Source: a virus
Taxonomy: Duplodnaviria; Caudoviricetes
Virus record (IMG/VR): IMGVR_UViG_3300011338_000205
Span: 1-34,658 of that record
Length of the DNA stretch: 34,658 bases
Reading direction: 5' to 3' (one strand)
In this document: positions 8,663-17,873 of the stretch, piece after piece
How positions within the stretch are numbered: position 1 is the stretch's first letter
Layout of the letters: every line of letters starts with the position of its first letter
Translations under genes and position numbers: made by a program
The notes under the pieces: model-generated
Databases searched by the model: none
What the model was told of the DNA's origin: nothing
The model's input: the letters and a program-made list of their open reading frames with translations, nothing else

Positions 8663-8677
8663 CCTTTTAAGTGTCAA
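8648..8677 (-). promoter_or_regulatory. Sigma70-like promoter for HNH
   Basis: TTGACA-N18-TATGGA, same geometry as the cro promoter (TTGACA-N18-TATGAG). Confidence 0.5.
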
Positions 8678-8684
8678 GTCTATC

Positions 8685-9647
8685 TTACGCCGTGGTCAGA
8701 TCGAAGACCCCACCGTGAGCCGCCTGATTGCTGACCTTCAGGCCATACTCAACAAGCATCAGACGCTTTTCAGCATCGCCCGTCTTGGCGAGTTCGTCCT
8801 GCTGGATCGGACGCAGGATTGCGAGCGAGGCGTATTCAGGATCGACAATCAGAGCATCGCGAGCGCGCATGAAGCGGTTCGGGACAATCGTGATCTGACC
8901 GAAGTCACCGACGTAAACGTCAGCAGCGCCGATGATCTGAGCCTGCTTACCAGCCGGAACGTCACGGAAGCGAGTGGCAATGCCGGTGAAAGCCGAAGCA
9001 GCCTGCTTGTTGAACGCGCCAACCATGAGCATCTTCGGGTTGCCGCCAGAGGTCCACGTTTCAGCCAGAACCGTCTTCAGCAGCGTTTCGGTGAACGCGC
9101 GCTGCGTACCGTCAGTACGAGCAGCCGTCGGGGTCGAGCCAACCGTAGGATCAGCACCGCCAGAGCCGAAGTCGGTGTTCGACGTAAGCCATGCAGGCAG
9201 ACCAGCCGTGCGGCGAGGAGTTGTGGTGTTACCAGCAACGGCGGCTTGGTTAGCGAGCAGTGCGCTTTCCATGTCACGCTTCAGTTCAGAACCCATCTTA
9301 GCAAGCTGATAGGTCAGTTCCGAGCGACGGCCAGCCTTATCAAGTGCTTCAACGGTGCCGGAGATGACGACGTTCTTCGTGCTGATCTGCGTGTAGTTAC
9401 CAACGCGGGCGGTCGGCGTAACAGCAGTGAACGAGGAGACATCATCACCTTCGAGCGCGGCGTTCGAGGACGAGGCAGCAGCCAAAGCGTCCGTCTGCCA
9501 TTCAAAATAGGTGTTCTTAACGCTCTCACGACCGATGTTCGAGATGAACGGGGTTTCTTCGGGCGAGATGTTGTAGATGACGTTCGAAAGGTCTTCACGA
9601 ATACCGATAGCGGAGTACCGGGTGAAGGTATTTGCAATAATAGCCAT
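8685..9647 (-). CDS. Major capsid protein (DUF5309/SU10-like)
   Basis: GIREDLSNVIYNISPEETPF, EWQTD.L, NYTQI, ELKRDME, LAKTGD.EKR. Confidence 0.93.
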   Translation of the reverse strand: MAIIANTFTRYSAIGIREDLSNVIYNISPEETPFISNIGRESVKNTYFEWQTDALAAASSSNAALEGDDVSSFTAVTPTARVGNYTQISTKNVVISGTVEALDKAGRRSELTYQLAKMGSELKRDMESALLANQAAVAGNTTTPRRTAGLPAWLTSNTDFGSGGADPTVGSTPTAARTDGTQRAFTETLLKTVLAETWTSGGNPKMLMVGAFNKQAASAFTGIATRFRDVPAGKQAQIIGAADVYVGDFGQITIVPNRFMRARDALIVDPEYASLAILRPIQQDELAKTGDAEKRLMLVEYGLKVSNQAAHGGVFDLTTA

Positions 9648-9660
9648 AACTTAGGTGTCC

Positions 9661-10671
9661 TTAAATGAGTTTGTCCAAAAGAGCGGCTGCATCACTGATA
9701 CGGCCACTATGCGCAAGGCGCTGAGAAGCTCTCTTTACCTCAGTTGGACGACCATTTGCCTGAGACCCACTGCTTCCGGGGCGGATGACCTTGGCTGACT
9801 TTTTCGGTGCAACCTTGGACTGTTGGACTTTCGTCCGGCCCTTATCGTAAAGCATGGCTTTGCGGAGAAGTGCGACGTGGCTCGCTTGACGCAGGCTCTC
9901 GATTTCCTGCTCTGACAAACCCTGAGCTACTGCCCAGTCTCGCAAATCTTTTGCTTCCTGCACCATAACAGCCTGATCTTTCCACTCTGGGATAACATCG
10001 GGCAACCTAGCGCGTTCTGCTTCCACAAAAGCCTGAATGGCTCTCGCTTGGTCTGTGGCGGCTTCCTGTGCGAGACGCTGCTGCTCTGCCTGAATGGCCT
10101 GCAAGCGATACGTTTGATCCTCACGGGATTTACGCCACTGTCGTTCCAACCGCGCTGCCTCAATGGGGTCTTCGTTATAAAGAGTGTCCCAATCAGGCTC
10201 CGCACTGGCCTGCTGCATCAGTTGCTGCTGGAGCAATGGCAGAAGTTCAGCGTATTGAGCGCGTTCTTGACGGATGGTTTCAGCCTCACCTTGGAACGCT
10301 TTACGTTCTTCAGCTAGGGCTTGGGCCTTCCGCGTGTAGTCTGAAGTCCGGCTATAACCACTCCGAAGCTCTGCAAGGGTGACTTCCAATTCCTGACCGT
10401 CAACTTTGACCTTGACCGTCACATCATCAGGAAGTTCCTGCGCGCCTTCTTCGTCGCTATCTTCTTCGTCCAGATCGGCTTCGTCGTCGTATTCGGTTTC
10501 TGCCTCATCAAAGGCTTCTTCCTCATATTCCGCTTCTGCCTGACCCTCTTCAGGGTCTAGCGCCTCAGCTTCGTCTTGGTTGTCCTCTTCAGGGCCGAGC
10601 AGTTTGCTGATGGCTAAGGTTGCTTCGTGGAGGCCGATCCCAGTATCGGGGTTGCCGACTTGTTCCGTCAT
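9661..10671 (-). CDS. Capsid scaffolding protein
   Basis: Acidic N-terminus, VKVDGQELEVTLAELRSGYSR..DYTRK, coiled coils, C-terminal SGRISDAAALL. Confidence 0.88.
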   Translation of the reverse strand: MTEQVGNPDTGIGLHEATLAISKLLGPEEDNQDEAEALDPEEGQAEAEYEEEAFDEAETEYDDEADLDEEDSDEEGAQELPDDVTVKVKVDGQELEVTLAELRSGYSRTSDYTRKAQALAEERKAFQGEAETIRQERAQYAELLPLLQQQLMQQASAEPDWDTLYNEDPIEAARLERQWRKSREDQTYRLQAIQAEQQRLAQEAATDQARAIQAFVEAERARLPDVIPEWKDQAVMVQEAKDLRDWAVAQGLSEQEIESLRQASHVALLRKAMLYDKGRTKVQQSKVAPKKSAKVIRPGSSGSQANGRPTEVKRASQRLAHSGRISDAAALLDKLI

Positions 10672-10693
10672 ATATCACCTTTTTTCATAAATG

Positions 10694-10930
10694 TTAATTC
10701 CTTGATGCAAGCACTCCTGCGTCAAGGGTTGCCTGTAGGCGGGCTTTCAAACGCTCAAGTCCTTTGAGTGTGTGAAACAGGTCAGAGCGCTGGCGTTCAT
10801 CGCCAATGGCAGTGGTGCGCCACTCTGTGTAAATGTCAGCTTCGACCTGCGCGAAAGCCTCCAGAAGCGTTTCATCTTCCAGAAGTCGCTTGGCGTGATT
10901 GGCCTGTGCGATGATCTCCACTTTATCCAT
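10694..10930 (-). CDS. Small conserved phage protein upstream of scaffold
   Basis: AKRLLEDETLLEAF motif; position; TAATG coupling. Confidence 0.75.
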   Translation of the reverse strand: MDKVEIIAQANHAKRLLEDETLLEAFAQVEADIYTEWRTTAIGDERQRSDLFHTLKGLERLKARLQATLDAGVLASRN

Positions 10931-12702
10931 TAGATGAGAGGCTGATACATAGGTGCTGCGGCGGATGCAGGTTGCGAGTTTTGAAGATAATCCTGCATGT
11001 TCACGCCGTATTTTTCCATCATCCTATCGTCTATTTTTTCTTGATTATAAATATTTGAGGCCCCTATTCCGATAAACGGCGCGCCAAGAAGTTTCATAGA
11101 AGCGATGTTCGCCGCCTTCAAAATAGATCCGGCAGATGATGGTGCCTGCTGTTGGCTCCCATATGCTGGATTTGCAGAAAATGAATTAAAAGGAGCGGCA
11201 GAGGTAGGGATTAATTGGTTATATTCAGGCCGGAAGAACGTGGCCTCTGGACCAAAGCCATAACGCTCGTAATCAGCAATAGCTGGCTGTGCGCGATAAT
11301 CCATGCCAGTGCCGAAGCCAGTGCCAGCGCCAAACGGTGAAACGTAAGGCGTTGTTGGACCAATGCCACCACCAGCGTTGCCGAAAAGGCTGCTAAGTCC
11401 AGAAATACCTAAACTTCCCAGTGTCGCAAGTTGCGTTGCGCTCAATCCAGTCCCAAGAACGCCTCCTCCGCCAGCGCCAGCGTTAACTGCTGCAAGTTCT
11501 GCATCTGTCATACCAGTCGTCGATGCTGCGGTGTCTGCCGCGCTAGTAGTTGATCCAGCAGCGTTAGCCGCAGCAGCAGCAGCAGCGCCGCCACCAGCAA
11601 GCAAAGACGCTGGAACGAGGTTTGTTGGCTGTGTTTGCGCATTAACCAAAATGTCACTTGGGGATGCAACTGGTGGCGTGACAGGCGGCGTGTCAGGTTG
11701 CGTCGGTGCCTGCGTCTGTGCGTTGACCAGAATGTTTTCAGGGAACGAAACAGGAGGCGTCACAGGCGGAGTTTCTGGTTGCGTCGGTGTCTGCGTCTGC
11801 GCTTGCACGATTGTTTCAGGAAGAAGGGCGCTCGACAATGCAGACCCGGCAGTGGAGCCGATGGCCGATCCCGCAATGCTTGGGGCTGCCGTCTTAATAG
11901 CTGTCGCTACAATGTCTCCCGCAATGCTTGGAAGCAAGGCAGGCGCAACTGACCCAAGCCCAGCAGATGCCACGTTCTGTGCAGCAGTGGCCGCAATATC
12001 ATCCAGAAGTGATGGCAGGTTGGGAAGTACGTCTGCTGCAAGTGATGCCGTCGGGGCGACAGCATTCCCACTGGGGACGCCCGCGCCAAAGATGCCTTCA
12101 CCAAGGCCAGCTCCACCACCAGCGATGGCTGCACGTAATAGCGTGTCCTGAAGACTGCGGCCTTGAGCAACGCTTGACGCAGCAGAGCCAGCAGCAGCCG
12201 GAAGGATTGTGCCGAGGAAGCCACCACCGGGGACAAGTGCAGAGGCGAGGATCGGCAGCCCAATGTCGGCAACGGTTCCTATCGCACTTTTATTTGGCTT
12301 ATCATTTGCAACCGTTGCAAAGTTAGACATCCCCGGCGCTGCGGCCTGAATATCCCAGTTGGCCTTATTGCCGCTTGTATCACTCAGCCCTTGCGCCAGA
12401 TCACGCGCCGTCTGCGCCGCTTCATATCCGGTGCCTTCAAACACAACTTCGCCAGTCGCATTATTGACAAGGCGCACAGCCGTCTGCGGGCTGACCGAAA
12501 ACGTGTTGGTCGTGCCAGATATTTGCGATGTCGCATTGCCCTTATTTGACAATGGAGCATCGATTGCCTGCAACGGTCCATACTTGCTGCTAATCAGGCC
12601 ATACGTTCCCAAGTCAGCAAAGGTGATGCCTTGGTCCCCAGCGCCAAAACCTCTTGTGCCGTAGCCAGATTTTGCAAGGTCTTCATAGGTCACAACAGCC
12701 AT
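10930..12702 (-). CDS. 590-aa Ala/Gly/Pro-rich putative internal virion/ejection protein with TonB-box-like repeats
   Basis: Long ORF abutting both neighbours; Gly-rich hydrophobic helices; 26-27-aa repeats. The functional call is inference. Confidence 0.6.
   Translation of the reverse strand: MAVVTYEDLAKSGYGTRGFGAGDQGITFADLGTYGLISSKYGPLQAIDAPLSNKGNATSQISGTTNTFSVSPQTAVRLVNNATGEVVFEGTGYEAAQTARDLAQGLSDTSGNKANWDIQAAAPGMSNFATVANDKPNKSAIGTVADIGLPILASALVPGGGFLGTILPAAAGSAASSVAQGRSLQDTLLRAAIAGGGAGLGEGIFGAGVPSGNAVAPTASLAADVLPNLPSLLDDIAATAAQNVASAGLGSVAPALLPSIAGDIVATAIKTAAPSIAGSAIGSTAGSALSSALLPETIVQAQTQTPTQPETPPVTPPVSFPENILVNAQTQAPTQPDTPPVTPPVASPSDILVNAQTQPTNLVPASLLAGGGAAAAAAANAAGSTTSAADTAASTTGMTDAELAAVNAGAGGGGVLGTGLSATQLATLGSLGISGLSSLFGNAGGGIGPTTPYVSPFGAGTGFGTGMDYRAQPAIADYERYGFGPEATFFRPEYNQLIPTSAAPFNSFSANPAYGSQQQAPSSAGSILKAANIASMKLLGAPFIGIGASNIYNQEKIDDRMMEKYGVNMQDYLQNSQPASAAAPMYQPLI
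11620..11820 (-). repeat. About 2.5 copies of a 78-81-bp coding repeat
   Basis: PETIVQAQTQTPTQPETPPVTPPVSF / PENILVNAQTQAPTQPDTPPVTPPVAS / PSDILVNAQTQPT. Confidence 0.9.
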
Positions 12703-14952
12703 TTACATCATTCCTTCTGGCGGAAGTTCAACGGGCATCGGCATCTCAACCGGCATCGGAACAGCGGGCGCTGACTGTGCGGCCTGAATGACTGAGCGTT
12801 CCAGTTCGCCCTGCTGACGGAGAAACTCGCGGTCACGCTGCATCAAGGCCTCAATGTTGGCCGTGTTTACCTGCGTTCCATACTTGGCTTCAATTTCAGC
12901 AGACTTGAGCATCACCTCTGCGTCCAACTTATCACGCTCGCGGTCATCCTTCAGCAGCATATCTTCGCGCTGAAGTTCAAGCTCTGCGGCCTTCTTCTGG
13001 ATGTCAGCCTGAATGCTCTGTGCCTGCACCTGTGCCAGAATTGCTTCCGGGCTTGGCGGGGGAGGCGTTGGGGCGGGAGGCTGGAAGCCCTGCGGATTGG
13101 TGAAGAAGCGCGACACATCCTTGAAGCCAGCGATTGCCAGCATCTGTTCAAGCGTGTTGTAATAACCCTCAAGGCTGACCAGCGGATTGTTCATCGGGCC
13201 AAGCTGCTGCAGGATCATCTCTTGCTTCTGGGCAATCACGTTAAGGAAGCCCATCTTCTGCTCATCCGAGCCAGTGCCAAGAGCCACGTTGACCAGCACG
13301 TCCATGTCAGCATCCCAGACGCGGGGATCAATCTGCACAAACTCATTACGCAGGCGAACCATGCGCGGCCTGTCCTGATTTTTAACCATCAATTTCAATG
13401 ACTTAGACATCAGGGCCTTAAAGCCAGTCTCTGCAAACATCCGGCAGATCAGTTCGATGTGCTGCTGGGCTGCGGTCACGGTTGCGTTCACTGCTGTTGC
13501 AGTCGCTCCGCTCAATGCGTTAGCGTCAAGGCCAGCCGAAGCCTTGTTGATGCCGGTGCGGCTTTCCTTCACCTGATCCATATACTCAAGCATCGGGAAT
13601 GCGGCCTGAGATACGTTTGGCGTGACAAACGGCTGCACGGCACCCTGCGACTTCATGCGAATGATGCCGCCAACCTCAGTGTTCAGCACATCCTCAATGG
13701 AAGCCTGACCTTCGACAACGCCCATGCGCGGGTAAATAGACTGGGCAAGGCTGTCCAACGTGTTACGCATGATCGACGACTTGATGCGCTGGATGTCCAT
13801 CACAACGTCAGCAATCGACATACCGAAGAATGTGTGCGGCTCAGGGTCCGGGCAGAAGTCGAAGAATGGATGGTCGTCTACGGCTTCATTGTGCAGCAGT
13901 TTGTATGCAGAGCCACCAACGCAGACCTTTTGCAGTTCAGCAATGCCGTCACCGTCCATGTCCACATAGATATAGCCCTCAATGTAGAGAACCTTCTTCG
14001 ATGCGGTGTCGGTGCGGCCAGCGCCAAGAATGGTCGCCTGCGGGTTGCGGTCAAATGCTTCCTGATTGCCCTCGAAGTCGTCCTGCGTCTCGTAGCCAAG
14101 CTGCTCAACTTCTTCCTTCTCATAGCCCATCTGGACCAGTTCGGAGACCGTGAGATAGCGGCGATGACCGATAAACTCAAAGTCGTTGATGGACTTGGCG
14201 CGACGGTCAATCAGCAACTCTTCGGGCGGAAGAGCCTGCATATTGAGGCGGCCTTCCTTCGTCTTGCGGACGACGGTTGCGCTGTAGGTCGGCATCTGGA
14301 TGACGGTAGCGATGCCTTCGGGCGTCATTGCCTCCATTTCGCCGTATTCTACCTCAACCTCGCGCAGTTCAACGGTAGGATCGGACATCAGAACGGAATA
14401 GGCGTTTTCGTCCAGACCCTCTATCTCGTAGGTCTTGACGGTTTCCTTCTCATCCCACCAGACTTTACCGAAGCCGTTCTTGCGGACCAGAGCGTCCTTA
14501 AACATGGCATAAGCATGGAAGAACAGGTTGTTGTCGCGTGTCAGGCAATAGTTGACATAATCCGTCGCCTGCTCTGCGTTCGCTACGTCCTCTGGGCCAT
14601 TCGGTGCAAACTCAACAACGCTGGATGAGCCAAAGAAGACGCGCATAATCGACGGCATAATGGCCTGCACGGTATCGCGCACGTCCATTGACACAACCTG
14701 CGAGCGGCCTTCCTCTTCGTTGCCGAATGGCTCGCCCTTGTAATACTGACCGGCCTCAGCCCGCAGCGGGGAGATGATGTCGTCAATGTAAGCCTGAGCG
14801 TCGTCGATCTCGCCAGCGATGATGCTTTCAAGCTCTTCATCAGACATCATTTCTTCGTCAGACGCGCCAACGTCAATGTCCATGCCGTCGTCCAGCATCA
14901 TTGCGTCGTCAACCTCTTCGTTAGAAGGCTTTGCGTTCTTCCGATATGCCAT
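12703..14952 (-). CDS. Portal protein (P22/SU10-like, long C-terminal barrel)
   Basis: GRSQVVS.DVRDTV..IMPS.MRVF, AEQATDYVNY, FKDAL..KNG..KV.W; Gln-rich coiled-coil C-terminus. Confidence 0.92.
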   Translation of the reverse strand: MAYRKNAKPSNEEVDDAMMLDDGMDIDVGASDEEMMSDEELESIIAGEIDDAQAYIDDIISPLRAEAGQYYKGEPFGNEEEGRSQVVSMDVRDTVQAIMPSIMRVFFGSSSVVEFAPNGPEDVANAEQATDYVNYCLTRDNNLFFHAYAMFKDALVRKNGFGKVWWDEKETVKTYEIEGLDENAYSVLMSDPTVELREVEVEYGEMEAMTPEGIATVIQMPTYSATVVRKTKEGRLNMQALPPEELLIDRRAKSINDFEFIGHRRYLTVSELVQMGYEKEEVEQLGYETQDDFEGNQEAFDRNPQATILGAGRTDTASKKVLYIEGYIYVDMDGDGIAELQKVCVGGSAYKLLHNEAVDDHPFFDFCPDPEPHTFFGMSIADVVMDIQRIKSSIMRNTLDSLAQSIYPRMGVVEGQASIEDVLNTEVGGIIRMKSQGAVQPFVTPNVSQAAFPMLEYMDQVKESRTGINKASAGLDANALSGATATAVNATVTAAQQHIELICRMFAETGFKALMSKSLKLMVKNQDRPRMVRLRNEFVQIDPRVWDADMDVLVNVALGTGSDEQKMGFLNVIAQKQEMILQQLGPMNNPLVSLEGYYNTLEQMLAIAGFKDVSRFFTNPQGFQPPAPTPPPPSPEAILAQVQAQSIQADIQKKAAELELQREDMLLKDDRERDKLDAEVMLKSAEIEAKYGTQVNTANIEALMQRDREFLRQQGELERSVIQAAQSAPAVPMPVEMPMPVELPPEGMM

Positions 14953-14961
14953 ATTTTCGCC

Positions 14962-15138
14962 TTACTTCTTTTTGGACTTGCCAGCTTCTGACAGTGCAAT
15001 TGCGATAGCCTGCTTGCGGCTCTTAGCCATCGGAGCCTTGGCCGGTCCCTTGGGGTTTACGCCAGCGTGAAGCGTCCCGCGCTTGTACTCGCCCATAACC
15101 TTGGCAATCTTCTTTGCCGCTGCGTCGAGTTTTTTCAT
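14962..15138 (-). CDS. 58-aa basic DUF6496-like protein (not in ORF track)
   Basis: KKIAKVMGEYKRGTLHAG...KSRKQAIAIALSEAGKSKKK. Confidence 0.8.
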   Translation of the reverse strand: MKKLDAAAKKIAKVMGEYKRGTLHAGVNPKGPAKAPMAKSRKQAIAIALSEAGKSKKK

Positions 15139-15148
15139 GGTTTAACCC

Positions 15149-16417
15149 TCAAACGATACCACGTATATTTCGCCTGATAGGCGTATAACCCATTTGCTCC
15201 CGATGCGCTATGGCAAAGTATCTGGCAGCGTCAGCGTAGTGGCTAGTCCAGTCGTGATACGGATGCGTCTGAAACTCTTGCCGTTTCTCATCATAGTTGC
15301 GGCGATACATCCGCAGGGCTTCGATCCCGGTCTTGCAGTTGTCCTTGTCGAACCAAGAGCGCGGCAGCAGCATTCGCAAAGCCTGAATGCCGTCCATGAT
15401 ATCCATGCGCGGTGCAACCTCGACATTGCGCAGCCCAAGCTCGCTCAGAACCTCCAAGCGGCTTTTGCCCGTTCCAAGCTCGCGGACGCGCACGTCATGC
15501 GGGAGATAGTGGTTGCCCCAGACGTAGGGCTTGGCCTGTAGTTGCTTCACATACCAGTCGAGAGCAACGCCCTCACCCTTCAGGCAGTCAATCCAGCGCG
15601 TCTCACCGCCATGCGCCTGCACGAACCAGATGACCGTGCTGTCTGACATACCCAAGTCCCATGCGGTATGTACTGGAAGCGCGGGGTCGTATGGAACGGA
15701 GGTGATGCGGTTGCTGGCGTCCATCTCGCCAAACTCTTTGCCGTAATACGCGCCACGAACAGCGGCTTCGAAGCTGCACTCGTATTCCTGAGCGTATTCG
15801 TCCTCGCTCATCATGCGGCGAGCGTCTTTTAGTTCCTTGTGGTCCAGCAGCCCGGTCTCAGAAGCTCTGAGGATAAGGCGCGTCCAGTCTTCGTCGTTCT
15901 CTGCGTTCTGCCATAGGTCGAAGAAGACGTTCTTGCCCTTTGGCGTACCGATGAAGATTGCCCAGCCCTTGCGGTCAGACAAAGCCGGACGGATCACCTG
16001 TGTCCAGACTGTTGGGTTCATATCCCCAAACTCATCCAGCACAACGCCGTCGAGATAGATACCACGCAGCCGATCTGGATTGTCAGCGCCGTAAACCCTG
16101 ACGCGAGCCTTATTGGGAAGCTCTACCCAAAGCTCGCTCTCATTAATCTTGACGCCGGGAAGGAAGGCAACCGCCTCCTTGATGTACGTCCAAGCGATGT
16201 CTTTCGCCTGATTAAGCTGCGGAGCGATGTATGCAAAGCGAGGGTTAGGCAGCTTACAAGCCAATGCCCTGCGGATCACCTCATTGACGCAGGCAACCGT
16301 CTTACCGGCGCGACGATGGGCAACGGTAATCATCCATCGTGTTTTACGTCTATGCAGCGGGAGGAATTGGTCTCGCGGCCTATACGGGCTGATTAGGTCA
16401 ATCGTCTTCGCCATCAT
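15149..16417 (-). CDS. terL: Terminase large subunit
   Basis: Walker A HRRAGKT, Walker B VVLDE, GTPKG, nuclease AWDLG..D, SHYADA. Confidence 0.95.
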   Translation of the reverse strand: MMAKTIDLISPYRPRDQFLPLHRRKTRWMITVAHRRAGKTVACVNEVIRRALACKLPNPRFAYIAPQLNQAKDIAWTYIKEAVAFLPGVKINESELWVELPNKARVRVYGADNPDRLRGIYLDGVVLDEFGDMNPTVWTQVIRPALSDRKGWAIFIGTPKGKNVFFDLWQNAENDEDWTRLILRASETGLLDHKELKDARRMMSEDEYAQEYECSFEAAVRGAYYGKEFGEMDASNRITSVPYDPALPVHTAWDLGMSDSTVIWFVQAHGGETRWIDCLKGEGVALDWYVKQLQAKPYVWGNHYLPHDVRVRELGTGKSRLEVLSELGLRNVEVAPRMDIMDGIQALRMLLPRSWFDKDNCKTGIEALRMYRRNYDEKRQEFQTHPYHDWTSHYADAARYFAIAHREQMGYTPIRRNIRGIV

Positions 16418-16784
16418 CCAGACCGGGATAGCGCACGATGCCGATGTTTCCTTCGACGTGGAGCTTTGATGGTTCGTTGTAGCCGTGCATTGCGTTCAAC
16501 TCTTTGACGGCTGCAACTTTCACACTCCCTGCACCTGTTTCGTATGTTTCCTTGAGCGCCCTAACAGACATCTCACGGGTCCATAGAACCTTCTCTGACA
16601 AGGCATCTTTAAGCTCTTTGACCCTTTGGGCTACGTTAGGGCGATCAATCAGCTTTGATGCCTCTACATAAATGGCACCATCTGACATCCCTTCAGCGTC
16701 ATAAGCCGCACGATATGCGTCAGCTTGCGTCATCCCGTCAGCGATGGCTTGGGCAAATGCTTCTTGTTTGAATGTCAATGTCAT
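16398..16784 (-). CDS. terS: Terminase small subunit
   Basis: LTFKQEAFAQ...QADAYRAAY...EASKL; immediately upstream of terL. Confidence 0.85.
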   Translation of the reverse strand: MTLTFKQEAFAQAIADGMTQADAYRAAYDAEGMSDGAIYVEASKLIDRPNVAQRVKELKDALSEKVLWTREMSVRALKETYETGAGSVKVAAVKELNAMHGYNEPSKLHVEGNIGIVRYPGLDDGEDD

Positions 16785-16817
16785 AACAGGCTTCTACTCC
16801 ACTTCCGCCTGAAAATC

Positions 16818-16846
16818 TATCTAGGCCCTCATCCCTGCTTTGTCAA
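16818..16846 (-). promoter_or_regulatory. Putative late promoter upstream of terS
   Basis: TTGACA-N17-TAGATA in the intergenic gap; GGAG RBS downstream. Confidence 0.55.
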
Positions 16847-16861
16847 AGTGGCCTCAGGCAA

Positions 16862-17140
16862 TCATACCGACAAAGCCTCATTGACCCGCCCGCTGTTGAC
16901 GTGGAAGATGCTTGCAATCTCCTGCTGCGTCATGTGCGGGTGCGCTACGTAATACTTCCTGATTTTTGCTGCCAGTTCCGGTGTGAACGGCTTTGACGAT
17001 ATAGGCCGCTTCCCGTTCTTGAACACCTTCTTCTTGTAGATGGTCATCCCATTGGCTTCCAGCTTGGAGATGATCCTCTTGGCTGTTGTGAAGTCGAGGC
17101 ATCCTGCCTCCATCAATGCAAAAACTGCTGTCGTACTCAT
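16862..17140 (-). CDS. Protein with C-terminal HTH; possible late regulator
   Basis: MTQQEIASIFHVNSGRVNEAL; last gene before terS. Confidence 0.6.
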   Translation of the reverse strand: MSTTAVFALMEAGCLDFTTAKRIISKLEANGMTIYKKKVFKNGKRPISSKPFTPELAAKIRKYYVAHPHMTQQEIASIFHVNSGRVNEALSV

Positions 17141-17141
17141 C

Positions 17142-17327
17142 TCAGTTCCTTTCCAGCTTACGCATGGATTTGACAAAGCGCCCGGTCTTGGGGTCGCGGT
17201 CAACCAGCGTGTCATATTCGCTTTGTAGTTCTTCCAGCTTGCGCTTCATGCCTGCGTCAGCGAGAACATAGCCCATTGCTGCGCCTGACAGGAACAGGGC
17301 GATGCCCGATAGGTACACGTCAATCAT
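17142..17327 (-). CDS. Small single-TM protein
   Basis: MIDVYLSGIALFLSGAAMGYVLA, short coiled coil, RDPKTGRF; GGAG RBS. Confidence 0.6.
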   Translation of the reverse strand: MIDVYLSGIALFLSGAAMGYVLADAGMKRKLEELQSEYDTLVDRDPKTGRFVKSMRKLERN

Positions 17328-17455
17328 ATCATTCTCTCCTCTACTTTGCCGCACTTGGTGCAGCGTCGTTGTTGATACTCGCGCACGACGTCCCAGTGAT
17401 TTTTTCGCTGGTAAGGCGCAGACCAGCGCGTCCAATCGTGGAGCCAGCACCTCAC
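17324..17455 (-). CDS. Small Cys/His protein
   Basis: GTG start; C..HDW...RRCTKCGK; 4-nt overlaps on both sides. Confidence 0.55.
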   Translation of the reverse strand: MRCWLHDWTRWSAPYQRKNHWDVVREYQQRRCTKCGKVEERMI

Positions 17456-17619
17456 AGCATCATCCCCACCAGCACGATGCCATTCACCATCGCGACGAAG
17501 AATATCAGGACGCTGATGATATGGATCAGCTCGGCCACTGGGTGGTCGATGTATGATAAGATGCGACCGATCAGCCACGACAGCACAACGGCCACGAAGG
17601 TTATTCCAAGTTCGCTCAT
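17452..17619 (-). CDS. Small two-TM protein
   Basis: Two hydrophobic stretches; ATGA overlap. Confidence 0.55.
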   Translation of the reverse strand: MSELGITFVAVVLSWLIGRILSYIDHPVAELIHIISVLIFFVAMVNGIVLVGMML

Positions 17620-17873
17620 TTCAGATGTTCCTTTGCTTCGATCTTTTCGGCAAAATACAAAACGTCCCGAGACCAAGCATTTCCTCCGTGCCCCTGAGCG
17701 TAACCCACGATCTTGGCGCGCTCTTCTGCGGCTGCTGCTTCGCGGTGACGGGCGAAATATGCTGGCAAGTCTCGCTCGTCATGCTCGCGGTGCATCCACC
17801 AAGTGTGGGCCGCAGCTCGGTCAGCCTGTGTGATCTCAACCATGCCATCGCTCATCGTTTGCGAGTGCGTCAT
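17616..17873 (-). CDS. Hypothetical protein
   Basis: EITQADRAAA...FARHR..A..EERAKIV; GGAGGA RBS. Confidence 0.6.
   Translation of the reverse strand: MTHSQTMSDGMVEITQADRAAAHTWWMHREHDERDLPAYFARHREAAAAEERAKIVGYAQGHGGNAWSRDVLYFAEKIEAKEHLK

Noticed and set aside
8040-8684. Group I intron or intein around the HNH
   Set aside because: The capsid gene ends normally (DLTTA-stop) and the downstream gene has its own start; the HNH appears free-standing
8556-9668. 370-aa + strand ORF antisense to the capsid gene
   Set aside because: Shadow ORF of a codon-biased gene; no recognisable motifs, RBS or operon context
11363-12151. 262-aa + strand ORF antisense to the 590-aa gene
   Set aside because: Mirror of low-complexity Ala/Gly/Pro codons
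13459-14628. 389-aa + strand ORF antisense to the portal
   Set aside because: Same shadow-ORF effect; no domain features
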